A stretch of 55,409 nt of DNA, filler included, from Sphacelaria rigidula (Eukaryota), in the NCBI GenBank assembly GCA_964200075.2. It is 6 parts of 6 records of this genome, joined end to end, with 100 filler letters (N's around TTAATTAATTAA, not from the genome) between each part and the next. Parts side by side here need not be neighbours in the genome. Positions count along the whole stretch, not along the records: positions 37,009 to 46,159 come from CAXNAA020009171.1; positions 46,260 to 55,409 come from CAXNAA020009172.1; 4 more parts are not named here. One strand, written 5' to 3'. The notes under the pieces are model-generated. The model made no database searches. It saw only the letters and a program-made list of their open reading frames with translations, and was not told the origin of the DNA. Positions 38,243 to 50,437 of the stretch are shown here, piece after piece (the stretch's first letter is position 1; each line of letters begins with the position of its first letter). A program made the position numbers and the translations under genes.

Positions 38243-39011
38243 TGGGGTGATCCCTTGCGGCCACGGACCTGATTCGAGTTTTTGGAGGAATTGGATGTGT
38301 GACGTAATAAAAACACAAACCAGACCGAATGCCCGAAACTCACACGATGGAGTCGTGGCTAGAGACCTCATCAATCCTAGAAACACGGAAAATTCGAAAT
38401 CGCAACCTCAACAACATTTGACAAAGCATTCTGTGAGGATGCAGTAAGAATCTACAAGCAAATTCACTGTCGGTGGCGAATGTCTTTACATGAGCTTGCG
38501 AGGGGGAGGGGGGATTTACATGAGATAGCATTCAACGTATACCAAAAAAGCAGGAAACCTCGTCACAAACAGGAGCGGTACTTTTTACATACGTGGTACA
38601 TCACATGGGGCACAAGAAAAGAAACACAGTAGTCCACACATGCAATTCCCAGTAACGCGAAACACGCCCAATAGAGCGCGCCAAGAATTCTACAGGCCGC
38701 CGCAGGATCGAGAGCTCGTACCGCACAGGAAAAGCACCACATGGACGTACGAACTGACGATACGAGCTCGGGGTTATTACAGTTAAGGCTAGAACCAGAC
38801 GCTTCCACAGGAAACGCGGCAACACATGAGGTTGTGGAACGACCTAGTGGGCCAGCCTGAAGAATTTCCTGCCGCTTGACCAGCTTTGCACGGGCCGTTT
38901 TCAAGAGTTGGGAGCTGGACGTTAGCACAAGGTTGATGTTACCAAGACGTGAGCACATACTGCGGCAATCAAGAGAAAAAAAGAGAAAAAAACCACAGCA
39001 AATACTGGTCA

Positions 39012-40124
39012 AAACCCAACGACCGGAAGAGTGTAGCCCCCCTGTTGGTTGGTCCGAAGACCCGGAAGATCCCACGATGCATACAGGTCGCCTGTGTACC
39101 GGAGCTCACAAAGATCCAACGAACATGTGTGAACACCTTGCCGACACACCAGCCCGAACGGTATCATGCGGCGACAACATCAGACCGTTGCCGGATCTGC
39201 AATCTGCGGCTCGGAAACGGTGATGGACACCGACCGGATTCCGAAGTGTGGCAAAAACGCTTGAATTCCACGGCGCAGACTGTACAATCGGGTGTCTTCC
39301 TCCGATCGTTGCCGTTGCACCCATGTCCCTTCCAGACCAGCTCTCGATCGCCGCGACTAATGGACAACAACCCAAGCAACACGTACAGAAAACTGAGTGC
39401 TTATCCACAGAAGCAAAGGTCAACACGCTACACCGCCGCGGAACAATGACAATGCCCCCACAAATGGTGCTATGCTGCAACGCGGTGCCGATCATTCACC
39501 AAACAGCAAATTGTTCACCTCGGCCCACCCCCACAGAAAAGTAGATTCACGGGCTCTGAGTAATGATATGTTATGGAAGGTTCACAGACGTGGAAGAGAA
39601 TGAAGTCGAGTCAGGGAAAAAAAGTGATCGCACGCTGTGCCGCGTCGTGTACATAGTCAAACGTCAACTCTACGTCGTTTATGTATTTTGTATTTTCGAA
39701 ACAGTCGTTCATCACAGCAAAAAACGCCTATTGTTCAAGAGCATGTGGACATATTAAGTGGTGCGCGGGTCACACAGCTTTGAGTATTTCGAGTGGTGGT
39801 CTGGAAGGGACATGGGTGCAACGGCAACGATCGGAAGAAGACACCCGATTGTACAGTCTGCGCCGTGGAATTCAAGCGTTTTTGCTACACTCCGGAATCT
39901 GGTCGGTGTCCATCTCCGTTTCCGAGCCGCAGATTGCAGATCCGGCAACGGTCTGATGTTGTCGCCGCATGATACCGTTCGGGCTGGTGTGTCGGCAAGG
40001 TGTTCACACATGTTCGTTGGATCTTTGTGAGCTCCGGTACACAGGCGACCTGTATGCATCGTAGGATCTTCGGGGTCTTCGGACCGACCAACAGGGGGGC
40101 TACACTCTTCTGGTCGTTGGGTTT
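39012..40124. mobile_element. Long inverted repeat: 328-bp arms (39012-39339, 39797-40124) around a ~457-bp spacer
   Basis: Arms are nearly identical reverse complements; the ORF track shows the same peptide on both strands. Confidence 0.9.
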
Positions 40125-40442
40125 CGGCCTTTTATGGTGGGGAAATATTTTACCGCAAATGGCTATGGTTGTGACTGCTCGGCGTAACTCGTGCTGATAC
40201 GGCGGTACGGCCACACCGTCACAAGAAAGAGTCACCACTTCACAAAAAAGGGTCAACAGGAAAGCAAAAAAGGGGAAATTATGACTTTTTAGCAGAGGGC
40301 AGGGTGTACTCCAATCATGCATGCGATTATACTGAAACCTACGGCTTGGTATCATTTGGCTACGGCACCCTCAAAGTGAGTTCAAGACAAACGAACAAGC
40401 TTGACAACCAACAAAAACCAAGGCAAAATCGCATGCGCCAGA

Positions 40443-43400
40443 TCACAAAGAAATACCATACTCCGGCTCTAATTCACTTGTCAGCGCCCGAGTCAACCGC
40501 AGTTTACGCAGTCCCTTCAAAACAAATTCATGCGCTGAAAATTGTATTTTGCAAAGAGACTCCCACGTACGTTTTTCAGCATCGAGCCTATCCCAATCGA
40601 CCAAAACAATGACATCACTATCGTCATCCTCAGCGACGTGCACCAAAGCATTCATCCGACATCCACCTTGAGCATACGAATGCTGGAATACATCTTTTAT
40701 TCCAACAGTGATGTGCAACTGCGAGTCAGCATAGAAACGCAAACGAGCGACATGGGCCAAGTGTACGGCGCTAGAAGCAATGTTCTGCACCTAATACACG
40801 TGAGCGTGATCGGCTCCGACCACTCGCCACGGACCTGTTCATGTGGACATCAACTTTGGCGTCACACCTTGCCTACAAACACGGGCATACAATACGAAAT
40901 CTTCAACTGCAAACTTAGGCAACACAGCCTGGCCCTGAGTAAGCTTGCATTTGTTTCCACGAGACACCGCGACAGCAGCTTGCACTTCGTTACAAAACCG
41001 CACTTGCTCATCAATCACCCCTCGAACCTTGTCACGCGACGAATCAGCATCCATGACATCGACGTTCCACTCGCCGCTAGTGACAGAAGCCAGCACGGAA
41101 AACGCTGTACGCGACGCACGCCCAAACATCACACAATACGGAGTGTTACGGTAACGTTCACGAAAAAAAGTATTCAACGCTCACTGAGCGGCTGGCAAAA
41201 CACCAACCCATTCAGACACCGGCTGTCTCTGTATTGACAAGTTGGACCGCAACGCACGAATAACCTCTCCCACCATGCGTTCACAAGCATCATTCGACCA
41301 AGGGGTATACGCAACAGCAAATTTATGTTGCACCTTGAGCGCGTCGCTCAGCTGCGCCATCACTCGATTCTTGAAGTGTGTGGCGGTATCACTAAGCCAT
41401 GCACGCGGCAACCTCAAAGTCTTGCACCAATGAAGCAAGTGCTTGGCCGCAACCTCGGCGGTGCAAGCCTCGGTCGGCTCCAACCAAACGAAATTGGACA
41501 AATCATCCATGATAACCAAAACGTAACGAAAACCATCCTCATCAGGCAAAGCATTACCACCTTCAGGTCCGCTGCTTCCGACGTACAGAAACTCAAAGTG
41601 AACAACTTCACCTAGCGCAGTACCATGCGCAGTATCGCCATACGAACGAGGTACCATCGCACCAGCACGAGTGTCTACACAATGCAAACACTGTCGAACA
41701 AACTCGCGAACGTGGGAATCCATGTGAGGCCACACACAGTATTCATTCACACGAAACAGAGTCGGCGCCACACCACGGTGACCAGCTGGCCGCATGTGAG
41801 CGCACACCATCAAGCGATTTTGTAGAGCCTTATCAGCCGACGGAATCCACAAAACATCAATACTGCCAACACGCACGCGAAACAAACCATCGTCAGCCAA
41901 GGAAGCTTGACCGAAAGTCGTAGGGAAAGAATGAACACCGTCGCCGACTGTTTTGCGCTGCGCGGTACGAATGACATCGAACGAGGGCAACAAATCATTG
42001 GCATCACACGGGCTGTACACGGCAACAGAACGAACAGGCACGGTAGGAATCTTCACTCAGCGAGGCAATAAATCTCCCCAACAATTGCGCTTTCCAGGAG
42101 TATATGTTCAATGGTGTACCGATATTGGCCGAGCACACCCTTACAATTTTCAAGCCGCTGTGCCATGGCCTTCGTCACCGATGTGACACACTCTTCTGGA
42201 TTAAAAATTTCGTCAAGCAAAGTTAACAGTGCTTTTTCGGTTTCAACAAAGTAGAAAACGTCACCCAAGCACACTTTACAGTGTAGACCTCGCAAAATGT
42301 CAGTCAGCACACCTTGGAAAGGCGCCGTGGGGTTCAACACGCCCTGCGGGACACGAGTAGGTGTAAACAAACCGTCAGGCGTGACGATCGTGGAGATCTC
42401 CTGAGCCTCCAGCGCCAGAGGCATCCACCACTACCCCTGTAGCAGGTCCAACTTGCCGAAGCTTTGGGCTCCCAGCAACTCCCGCATGTCTTCTTGGCTT
42501 GGCATCACTCCCGGAGACTGTTCCACTAGCGCGTTCACCGCCTGATAATCGCTGACCAAACGGACTGCGTCCCGCTTCGGCACCGCCATCGCCGGACTCA
42601 CCCACACAGTCTGAATGTTCCTAACCACTCAACCAAACGCCACCAAAACTGCCATGCATGAAGCAAGCCACACGGTCTTCACCGGATGACAGCGGCAACG
42701 CTTGCCCTTCACAGCCTCCCTTACTGGCTCTACGCGCGCTGGCGGGTCACCACGCAGGGCACGACGAAATGTATCCACGCGACGAGCCAAAATATCACGC
42801 AAACAATGTGCGCCATTGGCGCTCAGGCCGTTCTGCTCGGCCTGCTGCACGCTATCCTGTAGCGCACATTCTCTTGCACCTCTCTCCTCCACTGGGTCCA
42901 TATGCATGTCGAGCCCCCGATCGACCAAGTGCTCCACCGCTTCATCCGCAGGAGCTTCCTCCTCATTGGCGCTCTGGAATGACCGTATGGATACGGTCAT
43001 ACGCCTCGCAGCAAGGTAGCTGGGGTTTTCCACGCCGGTTTGCACCGGCACAGCACGGGGGCGTAACTTATCCAACGCCAGCGGATACAAATCAATCCCG
43101 AGCTCCTTCATCGTCGCCATCCCAAACAGAACCACGTTGCCCCTGCCAGGATTGACAGCGAACGTGATGGGCTGCAACTCCACAGCCCCCCACGGCGTAC
43201 GCACGCTAACTGTAATCGGCACCGTTTAACGTGTCACCGTCACGGGAACACCCGTGGTGATCTGTGCCGTCTGTGGTCCATTCTCGTGCAGAATCTGCAG
43301 TTGAGCGCCGCCAAACTACGAAGACATTTGCTCCAGCAACCCCACACCGATCAACGTGAGCGCGGACCCAGAATCCAGAATAACGCGGGCCATGAACGAA

Positions 43401-43576
43401 CCTACAGAACCCGGCAAGGAAAGATCTGCGCGTACGCATTCGGCCTTGCGATCGATAGGTACCACGCTGGCCGAAGAATCCTGGTCTGTACCAAGAGTCA
43501 CCTGACGCCAGGGCTGCGCGTCAGCACTTGACACTGAGAATCGGCGGTCCACCCAACCACGTCGCCGAATATGCAA
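40443..43576 (-). pseudogene. Gypsy pol remnant (protease, RT, integrase, chromodomain); RT end and most of RNase H missing
   Basis: ILDSGS; WVSPAMAVPK..RLVSDYQAVN..KLDLLQG; RVPQGVLN; H-x4-GH...C-x2-C; VIMDDLS, WLSDTATHF, SNDACERM; LVDW.....RTWES. Confidence 0.9.
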
Positions 43577-43585
43577 AAGGCGCTG

Positions 43586-44520
43586 TTACAGCTGTCGCAG
43601 CAGTAGGAGATTCAGAAGACACGGATCCTGCCTGGAAAAGGGGTTGCGAACTATTCGTTCCAGCATCCCCACCGAAGCTTTTCCATTTCCGACGTACATT
43701 GTCCGCCCCGACACGGACGAGCCATAAGATCTAGAGTCACCACCTGATGACGTAGTGGAAGGAACAGCAGCGGAGGAAACACCATCCGCCGCCGATTGCT
43801 TGCTACCGCAGCCGCCGCGCCCGCGTCCCTGGTTGGCACGGCTCCGTCCACCGTGACGACCGCCTCGAGATCCTGATAAATCTTGCGCATTTCCTTGAGC
43901 AACGCCGTGAGCGCGAGGCTTGGGGCAGTCCTTAATTAGGTGTCTGATGTCGCCGCAGTTGTAACACGCGCCAGTGGAAGACGCTCGCAAAGACGACTGC
44001 TGTTGCTGTTGCTGTTTGCGGCGCACATTGCACTTGCCGCAGAATCGCGCCGGTATGTGCCTCAATGAACTTCCAGTGGTCGGTGGCATCAAATATTTCG
44101 TTGAACACTACCGTCGGATTCTTTTTTCAACCGTCTACATACGTTAGTACGCTTCCTACATACGCCTCGAGTTTCGGAGGCGAAATCCCGTCCACCAAAG
44201 CTGTGGAAACCGACTCGGCTGGATCTGGCAACCAGCTCCTGGCCTCCACACGGTACATGACTTACACCGTCAGGGCTTCAGCGAAAAACGTTTCCATTGA
44301 CGAATTGACCATCATCGCTCTATCGTTGACGGACGTTCCACCGCTTTGCGGCATAGTAAGAACTCTACGCAGGTCTGCTGCAGCCCGCGCAATGTTATGT
44401 TTGCTACCGGTCGTGGTGTACCCGGCATGCTGCTTCACAGCATCTAGCAGTTCGTCGGGGGTTATGGTCCGACGGTCCTTGTACACGCCTTCAAAGCACC
44501 GGTGAATATATGTTGGAATA
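43586..44520 (-). pseudogene. Gypsy gag remnant with CCHC zinc knuckle
   Basis: CYNCGDIRHLIKDC. Confidence 0.8.
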
Positions 44521-44572
44521 AGTTGTCCGATGATTACCCTGGCATGCCGTACGCCTCCTTGTGCATTTGCTA

Positions 44573-44682
44573 CACGGGTGGCCACTGGGGTGCCTGTAAC
44601 CTCAGATTTGGACGTTACAGACGTTGTGCAACATCTGTAACGTCCGGATTTGAGGTTACAGGCACCCCAATGGCCAACCGTG
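44573..44682. mobile_element. 110-bp hairpin MITE with TA flanks (Tc1/mariner-type), nested in the Gypsy element
   Basis: TA|CACGG...CCGTG|TA; ~54-bp arms with few mismatches and a 2-nt centre. Confidence 0.8.
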
Positions 44683-45702
44683 TAGATACAAACGATTTTC
44701 ATAATAAAGATATGCTGCGAGAAAAACGCGTGATGCCTCCTCGGTCCACACCTCGCCATACTTTGGCGGGTCTATAGCGGCTCACCTAAAACCAGCGGCG
44801 CTGCCGCCGCTTGAGTCATGTCGTTTAGGATTCACCACTTCACGGAGAGACTCTTGCTTGACTTGTGCGTCCTCCATCACACGGAGCGTCCTTCACTGCT
44901 GTGCACTTCAAGACGTCTCTTCGCGTCTGGGGGTCAAATTGGCTTCCAGCTGCGGCCCCTCCTCCTCAGCCAAACTCCTCCAACAGAGTGTCGACAAGGA
45001 TCATATTTAGATGTTGTAGCCTCTGCCAGACGATCTGGACAAGAGGACTTTCAACAAGGGACTCCTCCAGTATCACTGGTCTCGTGCTCGACAAGTCCTT
45101 TCTTCTAACGTGTTATTATCACGGAGTGATCCTCAACAGATCACATCACGCGCCAGACAGCAAGAGGTCACATAGGTAAGGGCCATCAATCCAGGGTTCC
45201 CTGTCCCCTGCCACTGCTCCAAAAATGCATGCAATAATGCAAAAACTACGGCTTGGTCATTTCGCTGCAGGAGTGAATTCCGACCGTTCGCCCTTAACCA
45301 GATTGTACGGTAGGAAGTGAAAGAGAAGCGGGCAACGTGCGTTGCAGACAGCGCAGGATTATCTGTACTTTCTGCTTACAGTGCAACGTGAAAAATACGT
45401 GAATATCGTGCAGCTTTGTACTCCCTGCACTGTCCATGAGTGTACGCAACTATTGCAGTGTATTTATACATGTGCCCAACTCGTGCTCTATGCTGCAGGT
45501 TTGCGGTGGTAGCTGAGAATGAGTTGTGTGGGGGTTTGTATGGTTCTGTGCAAAAGTGGTATCTGGCGTGGTGATATGCCAGATAGAAGTCAAGTGCACG
45601 TTCGTACATTTCCTCCGGAGGTCTTCAAAGAAATAAAACAAGGGTTGGTGGGTAGGATATGTACTTTCGAATCCTCGGGAAAAATACCCGGGTATTCACT
45701 CT

Positions 45703-46159
45703 TGTGATGAAGCTCAGTGGCGTGGTAAGATATTACGATGTGCGGGTCTGCTCGTAGACCCTGGAGTCGGTGACGCGTTGTTTCGTGTTTGTTATTGTCA
45801 TTGTTGTGGCGAGATATGGAGCTTGACTGGAAGTCAAGCCTAATCTTCTCACTTGTTGGCTCTGCCTTGGTTGCTAGCCTAGCCACTTCTGCTACTCTGG
45901 CACCGTCACTACTCTCTGCTCCTATGGCTGCTCCCCGGCTGTACTGAGTTAGAGAGCTGCTTGTAGATATGATGTAAAGTTATCAAACATGTGAGCCTCC
46001 AACCAGCAGTATACATAATCGAACCTATGTGTATTGCACACGATGGAAAAGCTATAGGTCGTGTGATGTTGCCCACGTTGGGAGCTTGGGAGTCATCCTA
46101 CGATAGAGGGGGGGTATTTTGGGCCATTTGTTGCTCGAAATTTCGAGTCAGAGCGTCTT
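45703..46159 (-). mobile_element. LTR of the same family as 4556-5003, probably cut by the contig end
   Basis: TGTGATGAAGCTCAG...GCGGGTCTGCTCGTAGACCCTGGA...CTGCTCCTATGGCTGC...GCTGTACTGAGT is the reverse complement of the contig 1 LTR. Confidence 0.8.
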
Positions 46160-46259
46160 NNNNNNNNNNNNNNNNNNNNNNNNNNNNNNNNNNNNNNNNN
46201 NNNTTAATTAATTAANNNNNNNNNNNNNNNNNNNNNNNNNNNNNNNNNNNNNNNNNNNN
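46160..46259. other. Artificial contig linker
   Basis: N44-TTAATTAATTAA-N44. Confidence 0.99.
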
Positions 46260-46948
46260 GGGTGGGGGTGGGGGTGGGTGTGGGGGGGGGGGCGGGGGCG
46301 GGGGGGGGGGGGGGCGGGGGGGGGGGGGGGAGGGGGGAGGGATGGTTATGCGTCGGCGTGTGTGTGTTCGGGAGAGGCGTTTCCTTGATTTCGTTGGCCA
46401 GCGGATAATGACAAAACACACACAGTACAGTAGGAACTGTGAAAAAGTATACATAAACATACATGTGTATTCAATGTGTTTTACGGAGTGCCTTGTGCTT
46501 GGATTCCTTCTTAGTCGTTGAAGAACCATTGCAGGACCAACGAAGAACCAATGACCCCCTCCAACAGGTGTGAAGCCGAGCTACGCTTCATCAAACTTGC
46601 TCAGGGAAACGCTCATGTCCAGGTTACTAAAAAGTCCTCGAAAACCTCACCTGAACCTGAAAGCGTTTGAGGAAGACTACTTGATTTGAGCGGACGGAGT
46701 CTCCTATTCTACGAGTAAAGCGCGTGCATTTTCCATGGACACGCATCTTTCCCGTCCGTCCATGTCTTTCCATGCACAATGATATTATTGGTCGGGGAAT
46801 TAAAAAACAAAAACAAGGACAAAACAATGACGGACACACAACATTCTTACCACATCCAGGCTCAAACTGTCTCCAGAGAAAGAAATCTCTGATCAGTTTG
46901 ACCTTTTAATATACATACAGGGCTTCTTCTCCGCGTCAAAAATTCATT

Positions 46949-46989
<41 letters not shown>
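46949..46989. repeat. (AAC)n microsatellite, possibly a retroposon tail
   Basis: About 13 AAC units. Confidence 0.9.
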
Positions 46990-47756
46990 AAACATGGATG
47001 ATGACATTGTATGGTCAGCAGATGCAATGGACGAAGTTGTACTGGGTAAAGTATAGGCATATTGCAACTTGACCGTCAAAAGTTGCAAAAGGTCTACACT
47101 TTACTCAGTACATTTTTGTCTATTGCATCTATTGGCCATATATCGTCATCATCCAGGGTGTGATGCATACTTTCAAGTGAAAAGTGCTTCACTCAAGCTT
47201 GCATCCGCATCATCTCATCATCTGTTACACTTCTATTCTCCTCTTCTTGAAAACTGAACTCAGCAACAGTTGTGAATGAGAGAGCACCCCCCCCCCCCCC
47301 CTCCCCCAAAACGAAAAAAAAAACACACACACACACAACAGTCCTCTCCCCCATGGCCATAATCATTAATCGAGTGGTGCTACGGTAGGGGTGCACGAAT
47401 ATTTTCTGAGGTTAGAATTGTCAGGAGCCCCTTATCTCATCCAAAACACGGCTCATGAAGTATGTGAGAGTACGCCAGGATTACTATTCCAACGTGCTAG
47501 GGACATCCCGAATGAATTTTCACGCGATGCCCTGACCCATATTCTCGGGCATCTAGAACCGTTAGAAGCCCCCGAACCAAACAAGATTTTGCGCGAAACG
47601 TGCACCCCTACAGTAGCATAGTTCAATCATCACATCCTTTCGAAATCCGTCTGCCGAAACACACACGTACAAGCATATACACAAATACGCACGAGCATAC
47701 ACACACGGATGTATATACATCTGCTCCAAAATCATCGTTTTCCTGCGAATAAATAC

Positions 47757-48080
47757 CTCCTCAGCCCGCATCTTCTCCGCAATGGCTTTCTTCCTAGCCC
47801 GCTTTCTCTCTCGCTCTTTCCTCAAACTGGCCTCCCACGGAGTTTCCCTCGCCAACGCCTCTTTCTCCCTCTTTCGAGCCAAAATTCCCTCCACCCCGCC
47901 CCCCGCAGCCCCCCCGCCGCCCTCTCCCCTAGGCACGAACGTGAACTCCGAATCAGATAGTTCCATGCCGTCATCATCATCCGCATCTTCTTCCTTGTGC
48001 TCATCATGCGATTTAGATGCCTTTGGTACGTACGTAAACTCCATATTGTCTCCATCGTCGTCATCGTCGCCTGATCCCTG
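47757..48080 (-). CDS. ESF1: ESF1-like pre-rRNA processing protein, internal exon (108 codons, phase 0/0)
   Basis: DNMEFTYVP...EFTFVP...RETPWEASLRKERERKR matches the ESF1 DMEITF.P...ET.WE.YL.K.KE region. Acceptor ttcag|cag, donor GAG|gtattt. Confidence 0.75.
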
Positions 48081-48099
48081 CTGAATATGGAGCGGCACA

Positions 48100-49485
48100 A
48101 GATGGTGGTGGTGGTGGTGGTGGTGGTGGGGGGGGGGGTACTCATTCGTTGCGTGCCTCATTCGCTTGACCATTGACCACGCATCTCTTTCGAGACGGAG
48201 CACCGTACTCCTGATAGAGACGCCTCCTAACATTCAGGTCTTCACTACGTTTGTTCCATATACTACACAAAAGTCTCGAACTTATCTTATCCTCATACTA
48301 TTTCGCCGTCTGTGGCCACCATCTATTCTAGGGTCGGATAATGATACGTCTGGAAATTACTTGGTTTTAGTGTAATGGATTCGAATCATACGAATCAGTC
48401 CCTAGGCTTTGTTTTCAGCGTTGCAAGCCAGGTACACGCAGCCCAGACACGTGGAATGGCGCAAAAGTCGCGTGGATACCCCTTGGACAAGCGGTCAACT
48501 TTTCTCTCCCTTTTGGGCGACCAGGCCAAAGAAATCGTGAAATTTGGTGATTCGCAGTCGTGATGATTCGTCCTAACCGTGCATCTATTCCTCTCCTAGT
48601 ATAGCGATTGTTTTTTCGCTACACACCTATCTGATGCGCCAAACCACTTCATGTCACAATCGTTTAGTTCCCCCAAGAAAATCCCCTATCCACACGTCCC
48701 GTTCCTCCTTATAAAGTTCACATTCTCCCACTATCTGAGTTCTACTCTATCTTGCTTTGCGAGAAGGGAAATTTTGTGGATCTCCTCCTCCTCCGCCTGA
48801 CTACTGAAATATCTCCTTCTTCAATCTGGCAGGCTCAGGTCCCCCCACCCGAAATCGTACTTCCAGTTTTTTCGCGTAGTCCACTGCGCCATGGAAATAC
48901 GTCATCTTCATCTATTCCCTCAGCCCCTCTCTCCAGGTGCCCTTTCTCGTCTACTTTTTGACCTAGCGCTAGGTCTTTCCTCCTTCCCATCATGTCTCTT
49001 TTGTCTCCTTCCCCTCACATTCACTCTGTTGATAATTGATTGCGAGCCTGGTCCGGCGAAAACCCGGCGTGCTCCGTCCCGGCTTTGTAAGGATACGAGG
49101 TCAATAGTCATTGACTATGACGCGTAACATCATGAGTACACCTCCCTACGTTCACCTATGGATATTATCACGTCTTGGTTTCCTCCTACGTCCTTCGAAA
49201 TATCTTGGCTACGCTATCCCACCTTATTCTAGCCTCCTCTCTCGTTACTCTCTTGCTCAAGTTCTTATCAACTATGGCTGGCAATCTTTTTCTCGGCATA
49301 TTGATGATTACATTACATTGTCGACTCAATTTTCTCGTGTCTCTACTTGTTTCAAGTAAGTGCATTCCCAATCCTGCTAGAACACCACAATTTGTCGTTT
49401 TTGAGCTCCCATGTATTCTCTCAGCTGCTCCCATCTGTACTATTTCCAGCTGATCCGACAACGACAAAAGACAACAAATCACCAC
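48100..49485 (-). mobile_element. Intronic LINE 3' portion with poly-C/(CAC)n tail, with secondary insertions
   Basis: AAERIHGSSKTTN...LGMHLLETSRDTRKL...RLPAIVD, GDLSLP and SEKTIAILG, then a terminal motif at 48130-48240 followed by C11(ACC)n. Confidence 0.7.
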
Positions 49486-49590
49486 ACAATTTGTTCGAGG
49501 TACGAGCTGTAATGCAAAGAAAAATACAACAGAAAGTCAATATCGAATCGAAATCAACGTTGCAAAAAATGTGCGAGATGCGGTACGAGA

Positions 49591-49962
49591 TGTGTGTGTG
49601 TTGTCGTCCCATCTATTCTGGACGCCGCTCTACGTCTTTAGGTATATGTGGGCGCAAGAGGGGAACACAGGAGGAAGGCTGACACAGGATGAAGGCTGAC
49701 ACAGGAGTTTCTTCTTTGGTTGTTTTTAGTTCTCCACCTTCCGTCTGCGGTGCTTACCTTCATTTCTTATCGCGCGAGGGGTCCAGCAGTCCCTTTCCCT
49801 CATCGACTTTTCAGTCGAATGTTGTGTACCCACGACATAATCGCTCTCGACTCTTGGGCATGGTAAAAACTCCGAGATCGTATGACTTCACCGAGAGTCG
49901 AACCCACGACCCAATCGTCCAAAGGTTTCGACTTTACCAACCGAGCCACCGGGGCGACCGGC
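49591..49962 (-). mobile_element. Full-length tRNA-derived SINE (family C) in the ESF1 intron
   Basis: Head GCCGGTCGCCCCGGTGGCTCGGTTGGTA (A-box) ... GGTTCGACTC (B-box), ~370-bp body, (CA)n tail. Confidence 0.8.
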
Positions 49963-50038
49963 TTTACGAAGTACACGTTTTTTTTCTTTCGTCTCTCGAT
50001 AACTATTTTTCTTGAATTTCTTCCATAAACGCACGCAC

Positions 50039-50437
50039 CTCTCCTCCGTCTCGTCCATCATCAAGGAAGAAGTCATCTCCATCATCACCACCATTGCCCC
50101 CCTCCTTCCTCTTCTCCCCGTCGGATGCTGACTCATCATCGAGAATGCCTCCTAGAAGGAGCTTTCGAGCACGTTTCGCCTTCTCAGCCTTAGTCTTATT
50201 TTTCTTATTGTCCTTTCGCTTCTCGACACTCTCCCTGTCCTTGTTGCTGCCGTCGGCGGCCATCCGCGGCTGCTCCAGTTGCTGCTGCTGCGCATCGTCT
50301 CCTGTTCGTCCTCCTTTGGCAGCGTTTCTTGGACTATTCTCGGAGTTCTCGGAATCCAAACTCCCTAAATCATTACCGTCGTCGTCGTCGTCGTCGTCGT
50401 TCTCACTTGACTCTCCACTGGAGGAGGCTAGGTATGC
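50039..50437 (-). CDS. ESF1: ESF1-like protein, upstream internal exon (133 codons, phase 0/0)
   Basis: cag|AYLASSSGESSENDDDD...KARKLLL-like segment matches the ESF1 (DFK)AYLASS region. Donor GAG|gtgcgt; in phase with the 47757-48080 exon. Confidence 0.75.

Larger units (their letters stand above)
40300..45269 (-). mobile_element. Ty3/Gypsy LTR retrotransposon with chromodomain, degenerate
   Basis: Order gag - zinc knuckle - protease - RT - integrase - chromodomain. Similar LTR-end sequences end at 40364 and 45269 (ATGCATGC...CTACGGCTTGGT.CATTT.GCT). Purine-rich tract next to 40364; candidate PBS at 44772-44787. Confidence 0.9.

Noticed and set aside
38060..38285. Direct repeat and G-quadruplex-like poly-G around the 10-N gap
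   Set aside because: Best explained by redundant contig ends and homopolymer sequencing artefacts; similar poly-G/C runs mark other contig ends.
40542..41237. 231-aa + strand ORF
   Set aside because: Antisense shadow of the Gypsy integrase/chromodomain region.
46651..46656. 6-nt ESF1 micro-exon (tttcag|GTTCAG|gtgagg)
   Set aside because: Splice-like signals alone are insufficient without transcript or homology evidence.
49880..49962. tRNA gene
   Set aside because: Has A and B boxes but no convincing cloverleaf, and continues into a SINE body with a (CA)n tail.
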